Positions 1 through 14,900 of a stretch of DNA of 64,000 nucleotides are shown piece after piece. Under the pieces are notes generated by a model that was given only the letters and a program-made list of their open reading frames with translations, did not search any database and was not told where the DNA came from. The stretch comes from the human T2T-CHM13v2.0 reference genome, Homo sapiens. Location of the stretch: assembly GCF_009914755.1 (NCBI RefSeq), contig NC_060937.1, one strand, 5' to 3'. The position numbers were made by a program, and so were the translations under genes. How positions within the stretch are numbered: position 1 is the stretch's first letter; each line of letters starts with the position of its first letter.

Positions 1-650
1 TTTGACAACTTAGATGAAATGGACCAATTCCCTGAAAGATACAGCTACCATAATTCACGAACAATTCAGAACCATTTGAGCAACAAAATAAAGGATTGGA
101 CTATAACGCAAAATAGACAATAAATCTCCATACGTCCACAATGAGATAACAAATGCTTGAATCAATACACGGGGGAAAGACACCGTCTCCCATGTAGAAT
201 TTCAAATAATGTATGTAGATATTCTACTCTCAAGAAGCTCCTGGCCCTTCAAGTTGGGGCTGCGCAATGGTCCCCTCCTAAAGAGAACAATAGGAAAAGG
301 AGGAGAAAAGCAGCGAGTCTGCAGTGGAGAAAACACGACCTCAGCCAGGCAGGGGTCAAGGTCAACACCAACAGTGAAGTCATGCTTTACAACATGTGAT
401 GAGAATGGCACTTTGCCCTGGTCTTTCTCCCAAAAACCTATACTCTCCAGTCTAATCATGAGAAAAATATCAGACAAAACCCAACTGAAGGATATTCTAT
501 AGAATATCCTCAAAATTGTTGGTGTCATCAAAAACAAAAATCTGAGAAATGTCAAAACTTAAAGGGGCCTAAGGAGATAAAACAACCAAATGTAATGTGG
601 TGTCCTGGATGGAATCTGGGAAGGGAGAAAGGTCATGTTGAAAAAGCACC
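1..650 (+). mobile_element. Old L1M fragments (ORF2 piece plus L1MC/L1MD-type 3' end)
   Basis: gacaacttagatgaaatggaccaattcc resembles L1 ORF2; tctaatcatgagaaaaatatcagacaaa...aaatgtaatgtggtgtcctggatgg is typical of L1MC/MD 3' ends. Confidence 0.65.
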
Positions 651-654
651 ATCT

Positions 655-1310
<656 letters not shown>

Positions 1311-1379
1311 CTAAATAAATAGCCTTGATCTAAAGCCGGCAATTGAAATTACGATCATCACAGTGAGGACTCTGCATTA

Positions 1380-1750
<371 letters not shown>

Positions 1751-1904
1751 ATGACAGCAAAAAAGCGGCAGCAGCTTCCCTGTGCATGTTGGCGTTTGTC
1801 TATATTTTAATCCTATAAACTTTACCCCAGGAGACTCTGTCCACACCATGGACTTAGATGAAAATCCCTATACTGATGAGCATAGAACCTAGTAAATGCT
1901 CAGT

Positions 1905-2790
1905 TAAAAAAAAAAGATGAGCCATAGACTGGAAGGAAACATTTGCAAGTCACCTATCTAATAAAACACTTTTATCCAGACATATTTTTAAAACTCTCAA
2001 AACTCAGTAACAATAAAAATGGGCAAAACATTTTGACAGGTAAGGTTTCATAGCAAATAAGCACATGAAATGATGCTCAATAATCTCAGACATTAGGAAC
2101 ACTGACGCCATTTACAAATCAGATCGATTAAAGCCACAGTGAAATGCCACTACACACCTATAAGAAGGCCTAAAATTAAGAGTGCTGACCACGCTAAGAA
2201 TGGACAAGGACTGGAGACCCTGGAATCTCACACACTTATGCTGAGAATTCAAATGGTTTGACCATTTTGGCAGTCTCTTAAAAAATTAAATGTAAACCTA
2301 TCACATGATCTAGCCATTCCTCTCCTAAGAATTTACTCAAGAAAAATGAAAGCATTTATCCATATAGCTTGTGCACAAATGTTCACAGCAGCTTTGTTTA
2401 TAATGTACTAGTAAACACTGGGAACAACCCAAAGAGGCCCACACAGGAGAACGGATGAGCCCACTGTGATGCAGCCACAGCAGGGGCTACTCGGAAAGAA
2501 AGCAGAGCTAACTTCTGATGCAGGAACAACATGAAATGCACCTGTACATAATTAGCTTTACTGAAAACACCCGACACAGACAAACCAAATGTAACAGAAT
2601 TCTACAAAATGCGAGCCATCTATGACAGAAAGCAGGGCGGTGGCTGCCTGGAGATGGGACCATGACGCGAGGGGTGGGGAAGGGGCTACGCAAGAACACT
2701 TCCTCCAGGGCTGTAGTGTTGGACTCCTGCTGCCCACGCCCATCAACACACATCAGATTACAGTCTTGAATTGTGTTAATAGTAACATAA
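1905..2790 (+). mobile_element. Old L1 (L1MB/ME-type) ORF2 end and 3'UTR fragment
   Basis: gactggaaggaaacatttgcaagtcacctatctaataaa, aagcacatgaaatgatgctcaa, gatctagccattcctctcctaag. Confidence 0.65.
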
Positions 2791-3770
2791 TAATATATTC
2801 TGTGTCACAACAACCTAACCAGTGAGGCTACAACTGAGCATATTTCTTTGTGTTTTATATGTTTTAGTGTGTTTTGTATTTCTTTCCTAAATTCCTCATT
2901 GATGTGCTTGGAATTATTAGTAGACGTTATATTCATTTACAAGGGCCTGCTATAATTAAGAATGTAGATTTTGTGGTCAATGTTGTAATTAGATTTTCTA
3001 AGTCTGTCATGTGTCTTGACTATTGTAATGTTGACTTTCACTGGGAAACAGTTTTTCATTTTATGTAGTTAAATCTTTCATCATCTTCCTTTATAGTTTT
3101 CATCCTTGGTGTCATGTTAAAAGCCAGAAACCCTGGGACTATAAAAATATTGCATTTTTTTCTAGTAATTATGCTTTTAATCATTCATATTTACCCCATC
3201 TGAATTTAATCTATCTGAATTTTTCTTCTGAGTTAAAGTCCTTAATTTAAATTTTCTCCAACTGGTTTGTGCCTGAAACAATTTACCCCAAAGCATTTGT
3301 TCAATAATCAGACACTTGACATATTTCTGTAGTGAACCTACTAATGACCTGCAAACACTGGCAATTCGTCATTTTATTCCGCTCCATGGATGTTTCTTTC
3401 TGTTCCTATACCACACTGCTTTATACACTGTAGCTTTATAATATATTTTGATACATGTTTGGCAAATTTCCCTTTTTCTTTTTCTAAAAGAAAAAAAATT
3501 AAAGGAAAAAAACCAAACTTCCTGGAAATTTTGAAATGTTAACTATATCCAGAATTAAGAAAATTAACAGAAATTACATACTAGTTAGGTATTAATAACA
3601 TTGAAAATAAACCATATATGTAAAAACCTGTGACAGTAACTAAAGTTATATGCAGAGGATAACTCACAGTTGGAAATGCTTATTAAACAATGACACAATA
3701 AATTCTATACACATTCAATTCATGAAACATTAAACCAAATTTAGATATTAAATATAAAATAGTAATTTAT

Positions 3771-4070
<300 letters not shown>

Positions 4071-4683
4071 GTAATTTATAAATAAAGCAAAAGAAAAAAA
4101 GTGTATCTATAGTAAAATAAGTAACACCCACCCCCCCAAAAAAGATAATTCTTGAAAGACATAAACTATAAACAAAATTTGGTAAATGTGACCAGCAAGG
4201 AAAAAGAGAGCCATGAATAGAAAATATTAAGAAAGGACTATAACTCAACAATGAATATTTGAAAAATTATCAAGGAATCTGTGTAAAAATGAATGCCAAC
4301 AAATTTGAAAACCTAAATGAAAATGCATACATTGCCTCAGAATTAGGATATCTGAATGGTGTGGTAACCATAGTAGAAAGTGGAGACATTCTTTATAATC
4401 TGCCCACCAAAGATGCCGAGCAATTCATATGCTGCTAAAACTACAAGTCATTAGTACAAATACTTGTCCAAGACGGTGATTTTTCTGACAGTTGGCAAAA
4501 TTTTAAGAACCACATCATGAGCTCATCTGACCCGCCATTCTTCCTTTCTTTCCACCAAGTCATATTCCAATAGACCCTTGCACAGTCCAGTCCAGGTTCA
4601 CCAAATACAGAAAGAACCTGGCCCCATCTACCATTTACACACTGAATTGCATTCTTTTGATCATTATTTCCATACCAAAGAAT

Positions 4684-6815
4684 ATGGCAGGCCTCAGAGG
4701 TATCATGGGTCTGGTTGCAGACCACAAGAAAGTGAGTATCACAATAAAATGAGTCACACACATTTTTTGGTTTCCAAGTGAGTGCATCCAAAAATTATGT
4801 TTACACTATAGTCTATTAAGTGTGCAACAGACAATGTCTAAAAAACCAATGTGCATACTTAAACAATACTTTATTGCTGAAGTATGCTAATGGCCATCTG
4901 AGCCTTCAGCAAGTTGTCATCTTTTTGCTGGTGGAAGGTCTTGCCTAGATGTGGATGCCTCCTGGCTGATCAGGGTGGTGGTTGCTGAAGGTTAGAGTGG
5001 CGGTGGCAGTTTTTTAAAAAAGACAGCAATGAAGTTTGCCACATCAATCCACTCTTCCTTTTGCAAAAGATTTCTCTGTAGCATGTGATACTGTTGGATA
5101 GCATTTTACCCACACAGAACTTCTTTCAACATTGGAGACAATCCTCTCAAACCCTGCCACTGCTTTATCAACTGCGTTTATGGAATATTCTAAATCTTTT
5201 GTTGTCATTTCAGCAATCTCCACAGCATCTTCACCACGAGTGGATTCCATCTCAAGAAACCACTTTCTTTGCTCATCCATAAGCAAAGATGATGGATAGA
5301 TGTATGTTGCAACTAGATGGCTAGATGAATGAGCAACTCCTCATCCATTTAAGTTGGATCCTAAGATTGCAGTAGTTCAGTCACATCTTCAGGCTCCGCT
5401 TCTAATTCTACGTCTCTTACTAGCCCCACAACATCTGCAGTTCCTTCCTCCCTGATGTCTTGACCCCTCAAAGTCATCCATGATGACTGGAATCATCGTC
5501 TTCCAAATTCCTGTTTTGCTGACATTTTTACCTCCTCCCACGAATCGTGTTCATAATGGCATCTAGAATGGTGAATCCTTTCCAGAAGGTTTTCAGTTTA
5601 CTTTTCCAAGATCCATCAGAGGAAGCACTATTTATGGCAGCTATAGCCTTACAAACCGTATTTCCTAAATCATAAGACTTGAAAGTTGAAATTACTCCTG
5701 ATCCTGTGGAACGGATGTTGTCTTAGCACGCATGAAAACAACATGTATCTCCTTGTACAACTCCGTCAGAGTTCGTGGGCAACCAGGTACACTATCAATG
5801 AGCAGTAATATTTTGAAAATAACCTTTTTTTCTGAGCAATCGATCTCGAGGGGGATTTAAAATATTCAGTAAACCAGGCTGTAAATAGATGTGTTGTCAT
5901 CCAGGCTTTGTTGTTTCATTTATGGAGCACAGGCAGAGTAGATTTAGCATCCCTCTTCAGTGCCCTAGGATTTTCAGAATGGCCAGTGAGCATTGGCTTT
6001 AACTTAACATCACCAGCTGCATTAACTAGCCCCTAGCAAGACAATCAACCCCTCCTTTGAAGCTAGGCACTGACTTCTAACTATGAAAGTCCTAGATAGC
6101 ATCTTCTTCCCATAGAAAGCCCTTTCATCTACAGTGAAAATGTGTTAGTGTGGCCACCTTCATGAATGATCTGTTATCTCAGCTAGATCTTCTGGATGAC
6201 TTGCTGCAGCTTCTCCATCAGCACTTGCTGCTTCACCTTGCACTTGTGTTACGGAGATGGCTTCTTTCCTTCAACCTCATGAATCAACCTCTGCTAGCTT
6301 CCAACTTTTCTTCTGCAACCTCCTCACCTCTCTCAGCCTTCACAGAATTGAAGTTAGGGCCTTGCTCTGGATTAGGCTTTAGCTTAAGTGAATGTTGTGC
6401 TGGTTTGATCTTCTAACCAGACCACTACAACTTTCTCCGTATCAGCAATAAGGTTGTTTTGCTTTCCTATCTTTCTGTGTTCACTGGAGTAGCACTTTTA
6501 ATTTCCTTCAAGAACTTCTCCTTTGCATTCACATGACCAGCTGTTTGGCGGAAGAGGCCTTTCGACCTGTCAGCTTTCAACATGCCTTCCTCGCTGAGCT
6601 TAGTCATTTCTAGCATTTGATTTAGAGTGGGAGACGTGTGACTCTACCTTTCACTTGAACACTTAGAAGCCACCGTAGGGTTAACTGGCCTTATTTCTAT
6701 ATTGCTGTGTCTGGGAATAGGGAGGGCTGAGAAGAGGGAGAGAGGCTGGGGAATGGTCACACAGTGGGGCGCTCAGAACACATGCATCATTTATGGATGA
6801 AGGCTGCCCCTTATA
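4684..6815 (-). mobile_element. Tigger1 (TcMar/pogo) DNA transposon, most of its length, with decayed transposase
   Basis: Continuous match to the recalled Tigger1 consensus; ORF 5044-5286 ([29 protein letters not shown]) is Tigger1-derived; start codon mutated and many frameshifts. Confidence 0.9.
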
Positions 6816-8114
6816 TATGCCTCAGCTGCACCACACATCTCTTCCACATATGCCTCATAACACGATTCAAGCATGCCTGTGGCTATTTGATAAAAGTACT
6901 CTTTTCCTTCAACAAAGCTGTGTCCTTCTGTCCTACATTTTAATGTCTGGAGGCACATTTTTCCAGAGGGACTTGAGAATCATGATGCCATGAACACTGC
7001 AGTCGACAACCAGGCAAGAAAGGCAAGAATATTCCCCTCTCCAGTCGAACCTGCCCATGCAACAGGATATGAGGGCGGCCAGCCCTTCTAACAAAGGATA
7101 TCTGTGCCCTCGGCCGCAGTCACCAAACTTCCTGGTGGGTAAGAGGTGTCCTCGCAGACGGAGCCAGGTGGCCTGCTTGAGCTGCCCAGGACCCTATAGA
7201 TACAGCATCACTAATATTTACCACAAGCGTGACAGGTAAGAGTGGTTAGCATTTTCTGGATAAAGACGTGACCCTCCCAGAGCTTGGTGCGGTCGCCCAC
7301 ACTGTGGGTTTTCCTTTCCGCACAACCCCAGTGTGGAGCCCCCAAGTCATCTATGCTTGGCTGATGCTGGGTTTTGGGGTCCTGGCTCCCTAAGGGGCCT
7401 GACTGTGCATCCACAATGATGGAGAGTGGGTCTCACGCAGCTCCTCAGAGGTCTCACCCCATCCCAGCTCCCACCCTCCAGACCCGCAGGCACCCCCCAG
7501 GGCCGCACCTCCCGGAAGCCCTCCATAGCCCACAAATCTGACCTAAGTCCTGGTGACTCCTACACTCCAATGGAATCGTAATCCCTAAAATCGAGGTGGG
7601 CCTTTGCTAGGGTGGTTTCTACTGAGGATTAATCCCTGGAACAACTCTCTGAATAAAATAAAATAAAAGCTGGCTGCATGGTCAATTACCTTGGTAAACC
7701 TCTCGTGGAGATAAACAATATGCAATAATTTCTAAAAAACCTTGCAGTAGAAAAACCTGTTTCAAATTTCTGATTTTATGAACTTCAAAACTAAAATTAC
7801 ATTGAATTTCTGGCCTTTGCCATGAATTCATTTCTGCATGGCCAGGATTCCTGACAGCCCCTTTAGTTTTAAAGGTAATCCACACCTAAAGGAGTCAGAG
7901 GTGGATTCAGATAACTAAAGCACCGCTCCTGAGACCTGAGCGGTGACATTGCCTTTGCTTCTATACCAAAAGTCACACAAAGTCTACTTTCCTGGTTTCA
8001 CTGATTAAATAATTCATATGCTGTACTATATTAAATCAAATTCTACCAACCCTCAACCCCCAAATCCAGCAAGTAAACTGTCCCTTCATAAACTACTCAA
8101 GAAATAACGAATGC

Positions 8115-9099
8115 ATCTGAAAGATAATTGCTTTTAATTTTCTAAATTTTCACTTATGCAACATAAAGGCAGATTTATGTGACCTGATAATGACATTTTT
8201 ACAAAAAACAATCCCCCCCACCCCAACATCTTGGTCAGTAGTATATAAATATTTACAATGAAAAAATAGGCAAGGAAAAAGGAAATCTTCATTATCCATG
8301 TCGATTTCTTTCCAATGCTTATCAGGAACTTTGAAAATAAAATACTCCATTAACTTTCTCGTCACTCCTATTTACACGCTGCTTTAGCTGATGCATTCGC
8401 GGTATTTGGGTTGCACTGTATAAGAGTATTTTTGTTCTCTATCACTCCTACTTTTTTCTATACTATTTTAAAAATCTGAAATAGTAAATTAAATATAAAA
8501 ATGTAAACTCTGAAAGGAGAGAAAATAAGAATAAATATGTGTAAAGGTAATGCATTAAGATACAAAGGATCTCACAGAGGTTAATATTTTACAACACTAA
8601 AAAAAAATAAAATGCTCTATATATTTTCTTAGTTGGGACATTTTGTTTCAATTTAATTTTTGGTTATGTTAACAAAAATTACCTCTAAAGAGGATGTTAA
8701 AAAAATAGCAATGACGTTACCATCTTAACTAATGAATATCCTATCACCCTAATTTTTTCTAAAAGAAATGGATTTTTTAAAGTGACAAATATAAATTATA
8801 ACATAGAAAGCTTAAGAAGCCTCAGCAAATTATGGTATCTTTTAGCGATGAAGACTTTTAGAGACAAATGTGAACAGTGCAGCCAGCCTACTTGACTTAG
8901 GGATTTACAAATGCATTCGACTCCGACATGTGAAACACGACGTGGCTTCTCCCACACGCCGCTCCGCTGAAACATGGCGCACTCGTGGGCGGAAGGGCAG
9001 GACACCTGCAGCATGCAGTTCCTGCAGGACGTCAATGGGAATTTCGTGTCTAGCAGTGCAACGAACATCACCCGCAGCTCCCTGGGAGGACCGCGAGCT
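8115..9099 (-). other. TUBGCP3: TUBGCP3 3'UTR (~1 kb)
   Basis: AT-rich, repeat-free sequence after the stop codon, ending near ATTAAA; exact cleavage site estimated. Confidence 0.75.
8133..8138 (-). terminator. Probable poly(A) signal ATTAAA
   Basis: tttaat on + strand; U/GU-rich sequence follows on the sense strand (ttcgttatttcttgagtagttt). Confidence 0.6.
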
Positions 9100-9258
9100 T
9101 CACGTGTGGGAGCTGCGCCGCCCCCTGGTACCCAGAGACACGCGGAGCCTGGGCTCCCTGGCTTTGTAATGCTCGTTGAAGTCCAGCCTGAAGCTAAGAA
9201 ACCGAAGACTCTCGTCAGAGCTGGTCGTCAGTAACACCAAAAACTGCTGCACGATACC
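9100..9258 (-). CDS. TUBGCP3: GCP3 last exon ~22, coding part ([10 protein letters not shown]...[11 protein letters not shown]...RGRRSSHT*)
   Basis: ttttag|GGT...; TGA stop at 9100-9102; contains the [12 protein letters not shown]-terminal motif. Confidence 0.97.
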   Translation of the reverse strand, partial: GIVQQFLVLLTTSSDESLRFLSFRLDFNEHYKAREPRLRVSLGTRGRRSSHT

Positions 9259-10154
9259 CTAAAAAGAAGCAAAAGGAGTAAAATATTGTTTCAGAAAAGA
9301 ACAACCCACAAACGTATTCCCCGGACCTTAATCTCCTTTGGGTTGGGTCTGTTTTTCCTTCCAGATCAACAGGCCCTTAGTAAATGCCCACCAGGGCAGG
9401 TGTCCAGGGAGCAAGAGCTGCTGGGACCCTGGAGTGCACACGGCCAGTGCACCTGCATTAGGAATGGGCGCCCTTTTACAAGGACAAATTAGTGAAGAAT
9501 ACATTTGATTTGAAAACAACTAACCAACAGGTTTTTTCACTTTGTTCTTAAGTTCCACAAGAATAAGCAAAACAGCAAAGTAACAGATGTTAGAACATTC
9601 TATTTTGAATACAAAACTCAGTGCCACATATTTCATCTTTCATATGACTCATGAAAGAGGATTTCATCCTAGAGCCCTTGCTGGAGAACAAATTGAGAGC
9701 ATCAGTCGGGTCTTTGGGTCTAGCTGCTGGACGTGAGGCTGCAGCCGCCCTCTTCATGGGCACTGGCATCGCCATCATCCTGTTACTGAGGGCGTTTTTA
9801 AAGATGTGACAGAAGTTTCCCCTAACTCTGATAAGACGAAAGGACTGGCTGCTTCTATTTCAGGCTGAAAGACTTGCATACTGAGTACAGGCCCATCCCC
9901 GCCCAGTGCTGGAGCCTGCTGCATGCCACGGGGTGCTGATCTGTTCACAGAACTGCTGGCCTGGAAAGGCCTCATCTGCAGAGAAAACTCACTGAGGCAC
10001 TGCGTCCTCACCAAGCCCCGCCCAAGTCTTCACCAGCTGTCACTGCCCCTTCCCAGCTTCTGGTCAGAAACACGAATGCTGAAGCTCACAGGCAGGCCTG
10101 GGCACAGGCTCTGCTGTGTTGATAAAGTAACTTCACCTCTGAGCAGGCAAACAC

Positions 10155-10155
10155 T

Positions 10156-10196
<41 letters not shown>

Positions 10197-10217
10197 TGTG
10201 TGTGTGTGTGTGTGTGT
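10155..10217. repeat. (TG)n microsatellite, ~30 units, interrupted
   Basis: Direct reading. Confidence 0.97.
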
Positions 10218-10930
10218 ATCACTGCCTTTTTAGGTGAGGGAAGAAGAACACGCCTAAGAAGTTATATTGCCAAAATATAGACAGTGACTTCCTATTATGT
10301 GATGATGTGATGAAACTGAAATACAACGGTCTGTGGAACTACTAAAAGGAAATCTAAGAATATTTCTTCCACAGGTTGAGACTGGATGTTCTTTCACAGT
10401 CAATGGCGATAACAGCCTGCCGTCGCTGGCACCGCCACAGAGAGCAGAGACGGATTTCTGCTGTTACAGAAAAGAATCTTCTTTGTAAATCATTACCATT
10501 CAGATTTAAGACTGTAATTTGAGTAAAATTGGGATTACAGTGATTACTTTTTAAAAATGTATTAACTCCCTCAGGGAAATGTGTAACCATAAACAAGAAC
10601 ATCGTTGTCTCAGAAATAAGCACACAGACAAATCTTTAAAATTACACATTGCTCCTTTGTAGCTATACAAAGGATTTGTAAGTCTGATTTTAGTGAATCA
10701 TATGGATCTAACCATTAGGTGTCCATTTTTAAGAAACAGGAATACATACTGTACAAATAACATGAGTTCAAGAAGGCATCGTGTCAAAACACCATCCAAC
10801 AGGGATGCCTGTTCACGGAACATGACTGGCCAGTCACTACCCCCTTTTATGAAACTTCAACAAAAATGCAAAAGTAGGCCAAGGTCAGACTAAGACCACT
10901 TGTAAAAGGGACAACGTTCCTCCTTAGTTA

Positions 10931-11408
<478 letters not shown>

Positions 11409-11676
11409 TCAGCGACTGAACAGAAATATTTTTCATGAAATCTTTTCATCTCTACTATCACTAAGATCACATTGAGAAATGGAGGAAATGAGAAACTGGA
11501 CCCATACATGGAGGCAAAAGCAGAGGGACAGACATGCAGAGCAGCCGTCCCCAGCCTTCCGGGGTCTACACCATGTCTGCTGGCTGCCGGCCCCTCACCC
11601 AGGCTGGGCAGCTGTCTCAGGGACAGTCCCCATCGGGAGTCACTGAAAAACCCAAATGAAGGCTACAGAGACGCCT

Positions 11677-12470
11677 GCAGGTCCCCACAATCCCACCACG
11701 GGGGAGCGCAGGGGCCACCCCCAGGTCCCCACACCCACCACAGGGGAGCACAGGGGTCACCCCCAGGTCCCCACATCCCACCACAGGGGAGCACAGGGGT
11801 CACCCCCAGGTCCCCACACCCACCACAGGGGAGCACAGGAGCCACCCCCAGGTCTCCACACCCACCACAGGGGAGCACAGGGGTCACCCCCAGGTCCCCA
11901 CACCCACCACAGGGGAGCAAAGGGGTCACCCCCAGGTCCCCACACCCACCACAGGGGAGCACAGGAGCCACCCCCAGGTCCCCACACCCACCACAGGGGA
12001 GCACAGGGGCCACCCCCAGGTCTCCACACCCACCACAGGGGAGCACAGGGGTCACCCCCAGGTCCCCACACCCACCACAGGGGAGCAAAGGGGTCACCCC
12101 CAGGTCCCCACACCCACCACAGTGGAGCACAGGGGCCACCCCCAGGTCCCCACATCCCACCACAGTGGAGCACAGGGGCCACCCCCAGGTCCCCACACCC
12201 ACCACAGTGGAGCACAGGGGCCACCCCCAGGTCCCCACATCCCACCACAGTGGAGCACAGGGGCCACCCCCAGGTCCCCACACCCACCACAGGGGAGCAC
12301 AGGGGCCACCCCCGGGTCCCCACACCCACCACAGGGGAGCACAGGGGCCACGCCCAGGTCCCCACACCCCAACACAGGGGAGCACAGGGGCCACGCCCAG
12401 GTCCCCACACCCCAACACAGGGGAGCACTGGGGCCACCCCCGGGTGCCCGCATCCCACCACAGGGGCCAC
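11677..12470. repeat. 42-43 bp GC-rich minisatellite, ~19 copies
   Basis: Unit GGTCCCCACACCCACCACAGGGGAGCACAGGGGCCACCCCCA; 14-aa periodicity in the overlapping ORFs. Confidence 0.97.
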
Positions 12471-12695
12471 CCTTTGGCCAGGGTTCTCACTGATGGCACA
12501 CTGGCACTGCCCGGAGCCCAGGCATACCCGAGTCCCCCAGAGGGTCACAGGGTCCACCATGGGTGCTACTCACACCTACACAAATAAGTGTCAGACTGAC
12601 AGGGCTGACTCTGCTCTCATCACTGTGAAAGCAACTGTCAGGTACAGAACATGGGCAGAGTGGTGTGAAGAGCCACTCTGTATCCTCATACACAC

Positions 12696-12812
12696 CTGGT
12701 AGAAATGGGTCAATATTCGCAACTGTGAGCACATTTTTGGTATAGATTCTTTAAATTCTCCAATCCTCTTATTTTCCTCCTCTTCCTCTGCTGCCGTCAC
12801 TCCCCACTGGCC
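12696..12812 (-). CDS. TUBGCP3: GCP3 exon ~21 ([39 protein letters not shown])
   Basis: gttcag|GGC...CAG|gtgtgt; 117 nt, phase 0-0. Confidence 0.97.
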
Positions 12813-13370
12813 CTGAACAATCAAAAGTACCAAATGTCAGTAAAATCACGATGGAAAACAGATTACAGAGTAGGGCTGAAAACAGGTATGTGAGGAGCAG
12901 GAGGTGTCTGCTTTTTATGCCTCTCTGTACTGTTCAACACTTTCACAATAATTTTCTGATGCCAGACTGCTCTCCAGCTTACTTTTTCCAGTTAACAATG
13001 TGTGTTGAAAATATTTCATATGAACACATTTGAGACTGCCTCTGTTGTTTTTAATATCACATTGTATAACATGTAACAAGGTATATAATTCATCTCATTT
13101 CATGGGATGAACAGCCTTCTATCCTTCCCTCGTGCTGTACACGTTTTTATATAACAAAGACAGTATGTGTGAAAGTGGAACCAGCTGGCCCAAGGCGTCA
13201 GCACCCTTTAAACTATTATCTTGACTTTAGTGAGAATGCTTCTAGTTCCCTAACCATGATGTACTTTTTGGTACTGGAGATATACCCGTTTATTTCTATT
13301 TTTAAGATCATTTTCAATCAATGATGAATTTGATTAAATGTCTTCTCAGATAGCATATATAGGAATTATG

Positions 13371-13669
13371 TTTGTTTGTTTGTTTGTTTTTTGAGATGGA
13401 GTTTCGCTCTCCCATGCTGGAGTACAATGGCATGATCTCAGCTCACTGCAACCTCGGCCTCCTGGGTTCAAGTGATTCTTCTGCCTCAGCCTCCCAGGTA
13501 GCCGGGATTACAGGCATGAACCACCACACCTGGCTAATTTTGTATTTTTAGTAGAGACAGGGTTTCACCATGTTGGCCAGGCTTGTCTCGAACTCCTGAT
13601 CTCAGGTGATCTGCCTGCCTCAGCCTCCCAAAGTGCTGGGATTACAGGCGGGAGCCACCGCTCCTGGCC
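13371..13669 (-). mobile_element. Alu (AluS-type) with (TTTG)n tail, inside old L1 debris
   Basis: Reverse-complement Alu ending ...ccaccgctcctggcc. Confidence 0.93.
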
Positions 13670-14751
13670 ATGATTTAATTCACTTGTCAAATATGGTGAA
13701 TTATATTACTGGATTTCCCAAACCTATGCATTCCTGAAATAAATCCTAGTCTTCATAAATTATGCTTTTAAATCTAGCCTTTTTTCAATTATATTTCATG
13801 TGAGATTTCTCCAACAATATTTACAACCCAGATTTGTTTTTTCTCAGATAGGGTATCAGCTTCGTGATTCTTCTTACACAATTTAGAAACTTGGAACAGT
13901 TCACAGAGCACAAAGCTGACCATCGGTGCGTTTGGGAGTCTTTCTCAGCACAGCTGACCTGACGCTTTTTGGTGGGAGCCCTTCGATGGCTTTGTTTCTT
14001 CTTTAGTATTTGCTCTGCTTACAATTTCCTTTCTCTCATGGGGCCAATTTCGGAAACCTATGGAAAATGATTTCCTTCAAGTAGATTTTTTTCCACAGAG
14101 CTGAGCGAAAGAGTAAGTTCTTTCTCACTTGTTTTGTATGTTTGTGCCTTCTCCTCCCGCTACCTCTCAGATTCATTCATGGCTTAATTTCCCTCCACTC
14201 CTTGGCCCCCCAAAAGGCCCAGCTCTTGGACTTTATTAACTTCTTTGTTTCCGATTCACTGATTTTCGCTCTCATCTTTACTAATTATGTCCTTTGGCTT
14301 TTTCTTTAGGTTTCATTCCTGCTTTTCCAACTTTTTGAGTGGGATGTTTATTTACTTTCATTCTCTCCAATTTATTAATATAGGCAGTTATGAATTTTCA
14401 TATTTCCTTATTTATGTGCATTTTATCTTTCATAGTCTGTAAGAAACTGAAATATTCTTCTAAAATCCATGTGCTTTGACCCATTTCTGCTTGTTTGCTT
14501 GTGGTTTTCTAAGTGAGTACTGATATGGCACAAGCTGGGCCTTACAGGAAGCCCACACTGCGTGGTCCTCACTGTGCCCTGCACCTCCCATCACTCCAAT
14601 GTGCCCTTCCTGCCATGTTTACTGTTTTGTGCTCTGAACTACAACCTGCTTTCCTTTGAAGAATATTTGCTTTATATGCTTTGTTCGTGTCCACTGTTTT
14701 CTTTATAAACTATCTACATCACTCGTTCTACACCAGAACTTCCCAATTTGT

Positions 14752-14900
14752 CTTCTTTTCTCCCCACCAACAACCCTTTTGTGGAGAACGGGGTCTTGCT
14801 ATATTGCCCAGGCAGCTCTCCAACTCCTGGGCTCAAGCTATGCTCCCACCTCTGCCTCCCTAAGAGCTGGGATTACAGGCATGAGCCACCACGCCCGGCC
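14752..14900 (-). mobile_element. Free left Alu monomer (FLAM-like) with 17-bp TSD
   Basis: Monomer only; AGAACTTCCCAATTTGT at 14735-14751 and 14901-14917. Confidence 0.85.

Noticed and set aside
4684-6815. Possible domesticated TIGD-like transposase gene
   Set aside because: Start codon mutated, many indels and stops, and one end missing; a fossil
7652-7668. AATAAA x3 on the + strand as the end of a convergent antisense transcript
   Set aside because: Simple (TAAAA)n repeat with no upstream exon structure recognisable
11472-12702. Long Pro/His/Gly-rich ORFs (371, 348, 278, 267 aa) on both strands
   Set aside because: They are translations of the stop-free 42-bp VNTR in several frames at once, with no splice or promoter context
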